Assembly: GCA_035638775.1 (NCBI GenBank)
Contig: DASQZJ010000064.1
Location: 62,453-126,452, forward strand
Direction: 5' to 3'
DNA length: 64,000 nucleotides
From: Gammaproteobacteria bacterium
Lineage (GTDB): Bacteria > Pseudomonadota > Gammaproteobacteria > UBA5335 > SLRW01
Of the stretch, positions 9,688-17,724 are shown piece by piece. Positions within the stretch are counted from its first letter, which is position 1. Every line of letters starts with the position of its first letter. A program made the position numbers and the translations under genes. The notes under the pieces are model-generated. The model saw nothing but the letters and a program-made list of their open reading frames with translations. It was not told the DNA's origin and ran no database searches.

Positions 9688-10621
9688 GTGCGGGCACCTC
9701 ACGCTCGGCGAACCGCGCGAACCACTCGCGGATCTGCTCCAACGCACTGGCCTGCCACTCCGGGAGATGCAGCTCGTGGTTGGCGTCGGGGATCACGCGA
9801 ATCCGATAGCTCCCGCCGTCGCGGCGTCCGTCCAGCTCCGGCCCGAGAACCAGGTCCTGGAATTCGAACCAGCGGTTGTCGTTGCCGCCGAACAGCATCA
9901 GGTGCGGGATGCCGGCGCGTTCCAGGTAGCCGAAGCTGTCCAGGAAGAGCTGGCTCGCACGAGCCTCCCGGGCGGGGAGTGCCTCGATCCTCGACAGCGG
10001 TGCGGAAACCAGGCCGGAGAGCGTTGCGCCGATCGCCGAGAAATCGCTCTCGCCCCGCAGCAGGCGGCTCCAGGCGGCCCGCGAGCGAAGCTTGGCCAGG
10101 TAGTCGTGCATGTTCCGCCGCAGGCGCGTCGGCGTGGGGCCGGACGGCGCCGCCGAGACGCCCACGGAGGTGTTGACGGACAGCACGCCGGCGACGAGAT
10201 CCGGCCGCTCCGCTGCCGCCAGCTGTGCCGTTACGGCACCTCCGCAGATGCCCCCGAGTACCACGCGGCGCACGCGAAAACGGCGCCGGAGCTGCGCCGC
10301 ACCGGCGAGGGCATCGCGCACGAAACGTCCTCCCTCGACGCTGTCGCGCAGCTCCTGCACCGGCGCGGCAGGCAGGTCGCCGTCGCTCTCGCCCACGCCC
10401 ACCGTATCCATGCGCAACGTCGTGACCCCGTCCGCCGCCAGCTTCCGGGCCAGGTGCACGTAGAAGCGGTGGGGGCCGGTCCGGTACTTCAGCCCGGCAG
10501 GCAGCAGCAGCATGCAGATGCCGTTGCCCCTCTCCGTCACGCCTCCGGGCATCGTGAGTATGCCACGCAGGGTGAGGTCGTCCGGTCCGCGCAGCTCGAG
10601 TGGCTCTTCCCTGCAGCGCAT
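9680..10621 (-). CDS. Alpha/beta-fold protein, exosortase-A-system hydrolase-1-like; Cys in nucleophile elbow
   Basis: C-terminal 313 codons of ORF 9680..11263 (rest is out-of-gene extension); start ATG 10621 (MRCREEPLEL); elbow VVLGGICGGAV (TGC at 10244-10246), later GGNDNRW and DANHELH. Confidence 0.8.
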   Translation of the reverse strand: MRCREEPLELRGPDDLTLRGILTMPGGVTERGNGICMLLLPAGLKYRTGPHRFYVHLARKLAADGVTTLRMDTVGVGESDGDLPAAPVQELRDSVEGGRFVRDALAGAAQLRRRFRVRRVVLGGICGGAVTAQLAAAERPDLVAGVLSVNTSVGVSAAPSGPTPTRLRRNMHDYLAKLRSRAAWSRLLRGESDFSAIGATLSGLVSAPLSRIEALPAREARASQLFLDSFGYLERAGIPHLMLFGGNDNRWFEFQDLVLGPELDGRRDGGSYRIRVIPDANHELHLPEWQASALEQIREWFARFAEREVPAHA

Positions 10622-10635
10622 GTCCGCCTCGCTTC

Positions 10636-11475
10636 TCACTGAATGTCGCAGAACATTTCCAGGCTGGCCTCGATCAGCCCGGGTTGTGCCGCATCGTGGA
10701 ATCGCGGCTCGTGCCAGAACTGCGGCACGGCAAGCGCACGGAATGCGACGTTCGGCAGCTGTTCCAGCTGCCGCCAGACTCCTCCCGCCTCGCTCGCGCG
10801 CGCGAAACCGATTACATCCACCCGGCACCCCGCGACCTGCGCCGCCTCGACAAGATCGAACCCGCGCACGGAAGCCGCGAGGGCGGGCCCCACCTGGTAG
10901 CCCAGGATATTCACCGGCTGGCCGGCTTCGAGCTGCGCCAGCAGGTGGCCGCGGTCCTGCACGATCCGCCGGTGCGTGGCCAGCTGGGTCGTGAGGTTGT
11001 AGCGCAGGCACTCCAGGAAATACGCCCCCCCCTTCACCACCGGGTGCCAGGTGTGCACCGACCGGGCCCCGACCCGGGCGGCCGCGCTCACGGCGATGGC
11101 CCCCCCGAGGCGCAGACCGAACAACCGCAACATGCGGATGCCAAGGCGATTCCGGGCGATCTCGGCCATGTCCTCGACGTCGTCGATCCAGGCGGCCAGG
11201 TCGAGGCCGTCGAGTTCGCCCTCGCTGTCGCCGTCCCCCTCGTAATCGAAACGCAGCACCCACTCGCCCCTCGCGGCCAGCGTCCGGGCGAAGTGCCGAT
11301 AGACCGGCTGCGTGAACACTTTCTCCTCCAGGAACGGGTTGCAGAAGATCCAGCCTTCGCGCATCCCCGCCTTCCCGGTCATGACGTGAAACAGCCTCCG
11401 GCCCCGACGGTTCTCCAGGAAGCCGCTGCTCTCGGGAATACGGTCCCGCGTGCGGGAAGCGATCGCGCTAGCCAT
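10636..11475 (-). CDS. Alpha/beta-fold protein, exosortase-A-system hydrolase-2-like; Arg at nucleophile-elbow position
   Basis: ORF 10636..11487; NPFLEEKV, RFDYEGDGDSEG, elbow LFGLRLGGAIA (CGC at 11110-11112); start either 11475 (ATG) or 11487. Confidence 0.75.
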   Translation of the reverse strand: MASAIASRTRDRIPESSGFLENRRGRRLFHVMTGKAGMREGWIFCNPFLEEKVFTQPVYRHFARTLAARGEWVLRFDYEGDGDSEGELDGLDLAAWIDDVEDMAEIARNRLGIRMLRLFGLRLGGAIAVSAAARVGARSVHTWHPVVKGGAYFLECLRYNLTTQLATHRRIVQDRGHLLAQLEAGQPVNILGYQVGPALAASVRGFDLVEAAQVAGCRVDVIGFARASEAGGVWRQLEQLPNVAFRALAVPQFWHEPRFHDAAQPGLIEASLEMFCDIQ

Positions 11476-12475
11476 GGCCGGGGGCAACCTCCGGCACGGG
11501 GGCCAGGAGAAGCGGTGAGGCGTGGTGGTAGGCGGTCGCGCTCCGCTTGGCTTCGATGTCGCGGTACACCAATCGCGCCCGGTCCTCCGGGATCCCCAGC
11601 CAGCGTGCCGCCCGCTGTGCCGGCAGACCGTGATTGAACGCCCACAGGGCCAGGTCCATCTGCTCGTACGGCAGGGCGAAATAGAACTCGTCCTGTCCCT
11701 GCGGGAGACTGTAGGTGTCCGTGGTGGGACGCGCCCGGCAGATGTCCTCCGGCAGCTCGAGATGGCGCGCCAGGGCGTAGACCTGCGTCTTGTAAAGGTG
11801 GGCGATCGGTTTCAGGTCCGCGGCCCCGTCGCCGTTCTTGACGAAGAACCCCTGGTCGTACTCCAGCCGGTTGGGCGTTCCCACGACCGCGTAGTTCAGG
11901 CGATCCGCGTGGAAGTACTCGATGTTCTTGCGGATGCGCTGCTTGTAATTGGTGGCGGCGACCACCTGCAGGTACTGGCGCAGGTTCAGGCGGCGCGAGC
12001 TCTGTGTTCCCGCGGGATCGGAGACGACCAGGACGAAGTGGTTGTACCGGCCGTCGAGCCCGCCGGCGATCACGATCTTGCTGCGCCAGCCGTCGCCGTA
12101 TTCCGGGAATACCTGGCGGATCGCCTCGTCGCGCCAGCGGTAGCAGCCGACTGCCTCGAGCACGGGGGCGATATCCTGCTCCACGTGCTCGAGGCCCAGG
12201 TGCTCGACCAGCAGCCGTCCGCGGCGGGTGCTGTCGGGGTCGGAATCGCGCTCGGGCAGCAGCAGGGCCAGCACCCGGCCCGCTCCGAGGGCACGCACGG
12301 CCAGGGCGGCGCAGACCGAGCTGTCAATGCCGCCGGAAACCGCCACGACCAGCCCGCGCCGGTGCAGATAACGCCCCAGCACCTCCCGGATACCCGAGGC
12401 GATGCGTTCCGTCTCCCGGGCCGGATCCAGTCCGAGTGCCTGCTCCGGCGTCAGTGCATCCAGTCGTGCCGCCAT
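11468..12475 (-). CDS. NAD synthetase (NadE)-family PP-loop ATP pyrophosphatase, operon-embedded
   Basis: C-terminal 335 codons of ORF 11468..13594; start ATG 12475 (MAARLDAL) overlapping upstream TAA (TAATG); PP-loop VAVSGGIDSSV; GTPNRLEYDQGFFVKNGDGAADLKPIAHLYKTQVYALARHL resembles the NadE NKSE..GY.T..GD...D..P core. Confidence 0.75.
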   Translation of the reverse strand: MAARLDALTPEQALGLDPARETERIASGIREVLGRYLHRRGLVVAVSGGIDSSVCAALAVRALGAGRVLALLLPERDSDPDSTRRGRLLVEHLGLEHVEQDIAPVLEAVGCYRWRDEAIRQVFPEYGDGWRSKIVIAGGLDGRYNHFVLVVSDPAGTQSSRRLNLRQYLQVVAATNYKQRIRKNIEYFHADRLNYAVVGTPNRLEYDQGFFVKNGDGAADLKPIAHLYKTQVYALARHLELPEDICRARPTTDTYSLPQGQDEFYFALPYEQMDLALWAFNHGLPAQRAARWLGIPEDRARLVYRDIEAKRSATAYHHASPLLLAPVPEVAPGHG

Positions 12476-14028
12476 TACAGTGCCCTTCCCTGCTGTGATT
12501 TCACTGCCGGGCCGGCCTGCTCGATACCACGAGCCAGCACGTGCCGGCGCAATTTCCCGGACGCGGTCCGGGGCAGAGCCGCGGCCACCCGGACGTACCG
12601 GGGCACCTTGTGCCGTGCCAGGTGCTCCAGGCAGTGGCGCTGGACCTCCCGCGGCTCGACGGCCGCCCCGGGGCGCGGCACGATCACCGCGCCGACCACC
12701 TGACCGAGCACCTTGTCCGCAATCCCGATGACCGCTGCCTCCGCGACGTACGGCAGCCGCGCGAGCACCTCCTCGACCTCCTCGGGGCTGACCCGCTGCG
12801 CCCCGACCTTGATCAGCTGGCTGCGGCGGCCCCGCAGATACAGGAATCCTTCCGCGTCCATCCAGCCGAGGTCTCCCGTGCGCAGCCAGCCGTCCCTGAG
12901 CACGTCCGCACTGGCTTCCGGGTCCCGCCAGTAGCCGCGCATGATCCCGGGCCCGCGGGCCCAGATCTCGCCCACGCGCCCGGCGGGCAGCCGCCCGCCC
13001 GCCCGATCGCGGACTTCCAGGACCGTGTCCGCGACGGGCACGCCCGCCGATCCGGGCTTGTCGGCAAACCGATGCGGCGGCAGGTAGCTCAGTCGCGCGG
13101 TCGCCTCGGTCTGGCCGTACATGACGAAGAAGCGCAGCCATGGCAGACGGCGACTCACCGCGCGGACCAGTTCCGGCGCCATTGGTCCTCCCGCCTGGGT
13201 GGCGTAGCGCAGGCAGCGCAGGTCGTGGGAGGTGTCGCGAAGGTGCGGCGCGAGCAGCGCGAAGGTCGAGGGTACGCCGGGGAGCCCCGTGACGCGCTCG
13301 CGCTGGATCCTTGCCAGCAGGCGCTCCGGGTATACGAGCGTCTCGCCCACCACCAGGCAGCCCCCGGCGGCAAGGTGGCTGTTCAGCACCGAGGCGCCAT
13401 AGGCGTAGTGGAACGGCAGCGTCGCCAGCGCCCGCTCGCCCGGGCCCAGGTCCAGGTAGGCGGCGATCGCCCGGGCGTTGCTTGCCAGGTTGGCGTGGCT
13501 GAGCATGACCCCCTTGGGTCGGCCGGTCGTCCCCGAGGTGTAGGAGATCACTGCCAGTGCATCGGAACGGGGCAAGCGGCCGGTGTGGCCCCACCGCACC
13601 GGGATCGACTGGTCCCCGGGCGCTTGCGCGGCGGTCCAGGGCGTCGGCGTATCCGGTGCCCCAAGCGTGACCACCCGGACCCCGGCATCGATCCCGATCA
13701 CCGGTGACGCGGCGAACACCCAGGTCGCGCCTGCATGGCGCAGCCGGCCCCGCACCGACCCGGTGCGCGCGGAGGGATCCATGGGGACCGCAACGCCGCC
13801 GGCCATCCAGATCCCGTAAAGCACGGCCGCATACGCCGGACCGTTCGGCAACAGCATGGCTACCCGCGACCCGGGCGCCAGCCCGTTCGCGCGCAGGTGC
13901 TCCGCGACGCCGCGCACCTGCCGGGAAAGATCACCGTAGCTTACCCGGCCCGTGCCGCAGGCGAAGGCGGGTGCCTGCGGCTGGCGGAATGCCTGCTCGA
14001 GGAACCCGTGCAGCAGCGTGGGAGCCAT
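12475..14028 (-). CDS. AMP-forming acyl-CoA/acyl-carrier ligase (exosortase-A-associated acyl-CoA ligase-like)
   Basis: ORF 12475..14028, 517 aa; ISYTSGTTGRPKGVMLSHANL, TGDLGWMDAEGFLYLRGR, ALPRTASGKLRR adenylation motifs. Confidence 0.9.
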   Translation of the reverse strand: MAPTLLHGFLEQAFRQPQAPAFACGTGRVSYGDLSRQVRGVAEHLRANGLAPGSRVAMLLPNGPAYAAVLYGIWMAGGVAVPMDPSARTGSVRGRLRHAGATWVFAASPVIGIDAGVRVVTLGAPDTPTPWTAAQAPGDQSIPVRWGHTGRLPRSDALAVISYTSGTTGRPKGVMLSHANLASNARAIAAYLDLGPGERALATLPFHYAYGASVLNSHLAAGGCLVVGETLVYPERLLARIQRERVTGLPGVPSTFALLAPHLRDTSHDLRCLRYATQAGGPMAPELVRAVSRRLPWLRFFVMYGQTEATARLSYLPPHRFADKPGSAGVPVADTVLEVRDRAGGRLPAGRVGEIWARGPGIMRGYWRDPEASADVLRDGWLRTGDLGWMDAEGFLYLRGRRSQLIKVGAQRVSPEEVEEVLARLPYVAEAAVIGIADKVLGQVVGAVIVPRPGAAVEPREVQRHCLEHLARHKVPRYVRVAAALPRTASGKLRRHVLARGIEQAGPAVKSQQGRAL

Positions 14029-14032
14029 CGCG

Positions 14033-14290
14033 TCAGCTCTCCGCCGCCGCGCGCTTGCGTTCGACGAACGCCACCAGGCTGGCGATGGAGTCCAGGTTCT
14101 CGGGCACCATCTCCCGGTCCTCGACCACGATACCGAACTCGACTTCCAGGAAGGCGATGATCTCCATGATGCCCGTGGAATCGATGATGCCCTTGTCGAG
14201 GAACGAATCCGCGTCCGCCAGCGCGGAGGGATCGTCGGTGAACAGGTAGTTCTCCAGCACGTAACTTCGCAGCATGTCCTTCATGGTCAT
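14033..14290 (-). CDS. Acyl carrier protein (85 aa)
   Basis: C-terminal 85 codons of ORF 14033..14758; start ATG 14290 in ATGA overlap with upstream stop; phosphopantetheine-site context LDKGIIDSTGIMEIIAFLE. Confidence 0.8.
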   Translation of the reverse strand: MTMKDMLRSYVLENYLFTDDPSALADADSFLDKGIIDSTGIMEIIAFLEVEFGIVVEDREMVPENLDSIASLVAFVERKRAAAES

Positions 14291-16275
14291 CCCCCGTCTC
14301 CCGTCACCGCCTTCCCGATCCCCTGCACCGCCCGTGACGGCACCCGCCGGAAATGGTCCGCTCCGTCGCCGAAGAAGCGCCGGTGCCACATCTGCGTCGT
14401 CAGGACCACCGCGGCCGCCAGGCCGTCCGCGTGGCCCAGCGCGCGGCCGGATGCCATTTTGTCGAGCAGCCGCCCCACTGCGACCGGGTCGAAATAGCCG
14501 GCAGCACGTATGCTCTCCGCGCTCATCAGATCGTCGCGGAGATCGGCACCGCCGGCCCCGGCCAGCCCCGCCGGAGCGGGTGCCCGGTACGGCTGTTTCC
14601 GTCGTCGCAGCACGGCATCGGGAATTCGCCCGCGCATCACCCGCCGCAACAGGTACTTCTCCTCCAGCACATGCATCTTCACGCGCGGATCCAGGCGGTT
14701 GGCGAAATCGACCACGCGATGATCCAGGAACGGAAACCGCCCCTCCACGGAGTGCCACATGAGCATGCGGTCGCCCTGGGTCGACAACAGGTAGCCGGGC
14801 AGCAGGTGGGTCGCCTCGAGATAGGCCGCCCGCTGGAACGGGCCGTAGTCGAAGAACCGTGATGGCAGCTCCGCCGCCAGCGCGTCATGCGGGTCCTCGC
14901 GCATCCGCTCCCGCAGGTCGGCAGACCAGAACACCCGGCAGCGGGAGCCGCTCCGCCAGCGCGGCAGATGCGAGAAGAACGGCTGTTCCGGCCGTTCCAG
15001 TCCGAGCCCGAAGAACCGCTGCAGGTAGACGTCGCTCTGGCCGCCGGCCAGGTTCATCCAGGGATACAGCCGTCGCAGCAGCAGGGGACGCCAGCGGGAC
15101 CGGGGCTGCCGGGCCCAGAAAGCGCGGACCTTGGTTTCCTTGAGGATGTCGTAACCGCCGAGCACCTCGTCGGCTCCCTCGCCCGTGACCACCACGCGAT
15201 AGCCGTTCTCCCGCACCAGTCCGGAGAGCAACCCGAGCGGGACGGGCGCGGTGCGGAACAGCGGACTCTCCGCGTGCCAGACGGCCTGGTCTAGTGCGCC
15301 CAGAATCTCGTCGCCCCCGAGGGCCAGCCGACGGTGGTCCAGCCCGAGCGTGCGCACCAGGGCATCCTGGTGGTGACTCTCGTCCAGCGAGGAACCGGGG
15401 AATTCGACGGAAAAGGTGCTCAGCGGAGCACGCGTGGCGCGGCGGATGAGCCATACCAGCGTCGAAGAATCCAGCCCTCCCGAGAGGTAGGCAGCGACGG
15501 GCACGTCGGCCCTCAGGCGGATGCGGGTCGCGTCCGCCAGCAGCGCGTCGAGCTCTTCGGCGAGACTGTCGGGGCTGCCCGCCAGGTAATCGCCCTGGTC
15601 GGGATAGTCCCACTGCCAATAGCGACGGCGGCGCATCCCGTTCCGGTCCACGCTGATCATCTCGCCGGGGCGCAGTTGGTGCATGCCCCGGAACAGCGTC
15701 CGGCCCGGGACCGGGGCCCACAGGGTCATGAGCTGGTCCAACGCTTCGACATCGGGTTCGGGACGGGGAACCAGGGGCAACAGGGCCTTGATTTCGGAGG
15801 CGAAGAGCAGCCGGCCGCCGTGCCACGTGTAGTGCAGGGGCACGATCCCGACGCGGTCCCGGGCAAGCAGCAGGCGCTGGACGCGCTCGTCCCAGACGGC
15901 AAGGGCGAACTGGCCGTTGAGCTCCTCGAGGAAGCGTTCGCCGCGGGCCCGGTAGAGCTCCAGCACGACCTCGGTGTCCGACCGGGTGCGGAAGCGGCAG
16001 CCTTCGCGTTCAAGGGCCGCCCGGAGCTCGGGGTGGTTGAAGATCTCGCCGTTGAAGACCAGGTGAACCCGGCGGCCGGCATCACTCATGGGCTGGACGC
16101 CGCCCGCGGGGTCGATGATCGCAAGGCGCGTGTGCGCCAGCCCGGTGTTCCCGCTCAGCAGGATGCCGTTGTCATCGGGTCCGCGGTGCGCCAGCGCACC
16201 TTGCATGACATCGAGCTCGGCCGCCGTCGGCGGAAGCCGACCGTCCCGAGAGAAAATCCCGGCGATTCCGCACAT
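14287..16275 (-). CDS. Asparagine synthase-family glutamine amidotransferase (exosortase-A-associated amidotransferase-1-like)
   Basis: ORF 14287..16326; start ATG 16275 giving Ntn MCGIAGIF; synthetase-domain YLSGGLDSS. Confidence 0.9.
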   Translation of the reverse strand: MCGIAGIFSRDGRLPPTAAELDVMQGALAHRGPDDNGILLSGNTGLAHTRLAIIDPAGGVQPMSDAGRRVHLVFNGEIFNHPELRAALEREGCRFRTRSDTEVVLELYRARGERFLEELNGQFALAVWDERVQRLLLARDRVGIVPLHYTWHGGRLLFASEIKALLPLVPRPEPDVEALDQLMTLWAPVPGRTLFRGMHQLRPGEMISVDRNGMRRRRYWQWDYPDQGDYLAGSPDSLAEELDALLADATRIRLRADVPVAAYLSGGLDSSTLVWLIRRATRAPLSTFSVEFPGSSLDESHHQDALVRTLGLDHRRLALGGDEILGALDQAVWHAESPLFRTAPVPLGLLSGLVRENGYRVVVTGEGADEVLGGYDILKETKVRAFWARQPRSRWRPLLLRRLYPWMNLAGGQSDVYLQRFFGLGLERPEQPFFSHLPRWRSGSRCRVFWSADLRERMREDPHDALAAELPSRFFDYGPFQRAAYLEATHLLPGYLLSTQGDRMLMWHSVEGRFPFLDHRVVDFANRLDPRVKMHVLEEKYLLRRVMRGRIPDAVLRRRKQPYRAPAPAGLAGAGGADLRDDLMSAESIRAAGYFDPVAVGRLLDKMASGRALGHADGLAAAVVLTTQMWHRRFFGDGADHFRRVPSRAVQGIGKAVTGDGG

Positions 16276-16356
16276 CCCTGTTCCTTCCCTCTGCCGCGGC
16301 CGAATCCCTGGCCGCCGTCCGTTCAAAGCATAGTCCGGCGTTGAGCCGCCCGCGAC

Positions 16357-17715
16357 TCATTGCTCCATGCGCATCGGCCCGATCCGGGTCGCGAACGGGT
16401 CGCTGTAGGGCCGGCGTTCAATCGGGCGCCAGACGATGCCCACCATTACCTGCGTCTCGTGGAAATCGGTCAGCCCATTGCTGCTGTCGCGGCGGTAGTG
16501 TGCAACCTCGAACCGCGTCGCGATGTTCCGGCTGAGATATCGCACCAGCGTCACCGAGGCCTGCATGTCGTCATCGCGCTGACCGATGTCCTCGTACCGC
16601 GTTTCGATGAAGCTGGCGGCCGTCTGCAGGGTCATGGCGCCGCCAAGCTTCCATCCCAGGGCAAGGTTCGCCGAGCGCTGCAGCTGATCGAGGGGCAGCC
16701 CCGGGTACTGCTGCTTTTCCGCGCGGATGCGAAAGTCCTGGAAGCCGGCGTCGGTCGAGCGCGTCAGGTAGAGCTCCGCGACCCGGTCCCGATAGATCTC
16801 GGCAACCGGCGCCTGGGCGACCTCCCCCGGGGTGGAGGGCGCGGCGCCGAGCAGCGCCAGCCCGGCGTCCGTCAGCTCCGAGCTGGCGTTCATGCCCGCC
16901 GTCAGCACCCGGGAAAGCCGCCGTGCGAGGTCGACGCGAATCATCGAGCCGTCCAGGCGCTGGCCGTTATCGCGTTTCAGGTAACTGCGCCCGAGCCGGA
17001 TGCCCACCCGAGACCGGGGCGGCTCGCGGGTCAGCCCGAAATAGTAATCCTCGCGCCGGTAGTCCTGGTCCGCGGCGACACTGCTGTTGTCATACCGTAC
17101 CCGGGTCGCTTCCGCGTTGAGCGACAGCCGCGTGAAAGGGCTCTCCTGCCGGTACAGCCGGGCGGCTCCCTGGTAACGCTTGTTGCCGATCTCGCTGTCC
17201 GAGTAGTACAGATCCCCGTAGCGTGCGGACAGCTCCAGCTGGTGGATCGGGTCGAGGGGCACGAAGGCGTCCGGCCCGGTCCACAGCGCGTTCTCGTTCT
17301 GGATGTTGCCGGGACTGGCGGGGTTCAGCTGGTCGATCCGGGCCTGCCGGGCGTGGTCCTCGAGGGTCCACGCCAGGCGCCCGGGGAGCAGGTTGCCCAC
17401 CACCCGGCCGTTCATGTCGTACAGCGTCTGGTCCCCGTAGGTCCCGTGCTGATAGTGCTCGTACTGCGCGGAACCGGTGACGTCGGCCATCAGCCAGCGC
17501 GACTGCTGGAGCCACTCCACGTCACTGGCCAGCACGTGCGTCAGCTCGCTCCTGGCGTCGTGCGGGGCGCGCGCGATGTTGTCGCTGTGCTGGGCGTCGT
17601 AGCCCAGGCTGAGCCGGAACTGCGCCATCGCCGGCTCCGAAGTCCACAATGCCGCCGCCGCCAGGAGCAGCACCATGAGGCGCCCCGCGCCCCGTCCCCG
17701 CGTCACCCTGGTCAT
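16357..17715 (-). CDS. Outer-membrane beta-barrel protein of PEP-CTERM-type EPS loci (function unknown)
   Basis: ORF 16357..17715; signal peptide LMVLLLAAAALWTSEPAMAQ; alternating beta-strand pattern throughout, Tyr/Arg-rich strands to the C-terminus. Confidence 0.7.
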   Translation of the reverse strand: MTRVTRGRGAGRLMVLLLAAAALWTSEPAMAQFRLSLGYDAQHSDNIARAPHDARSELTHVLASDVEWLQQSRWLMADVTGSAQYEHYQHGTYGDQTLYDMNGRVVGNLLPGRLAWTLEDHARQARIDQLNPASPGNIQNENALWTGPDAFVPLDPIHQLELSARYGDLYYSDSEIGNKRYQGAARLYRQESPFTRLSLNAEATRVRYDNSSVAADQDYRREDYYFGLTREPPRSRVGIRLGRSYLKRDNGQRLDGSMIRVDLARRLSRVLTAGMNASSELTDAGLALLGAAPSTPGEVAQAPVAEIYRDRVAELYLTRSTDAGFQDFRIRAEKQQYPGLPLDQLQRSANLALGWKLGGAMTLQTAASFIETRYEDIGQRDDDMQASVTLVRYLSRNIATRFEVAHYRRDSSNGLTDFHETQVMVGIVWRPIERRPYSDPFATRIGPMRMEQ

Positions 17716-17724
17716 GACCGGAGC

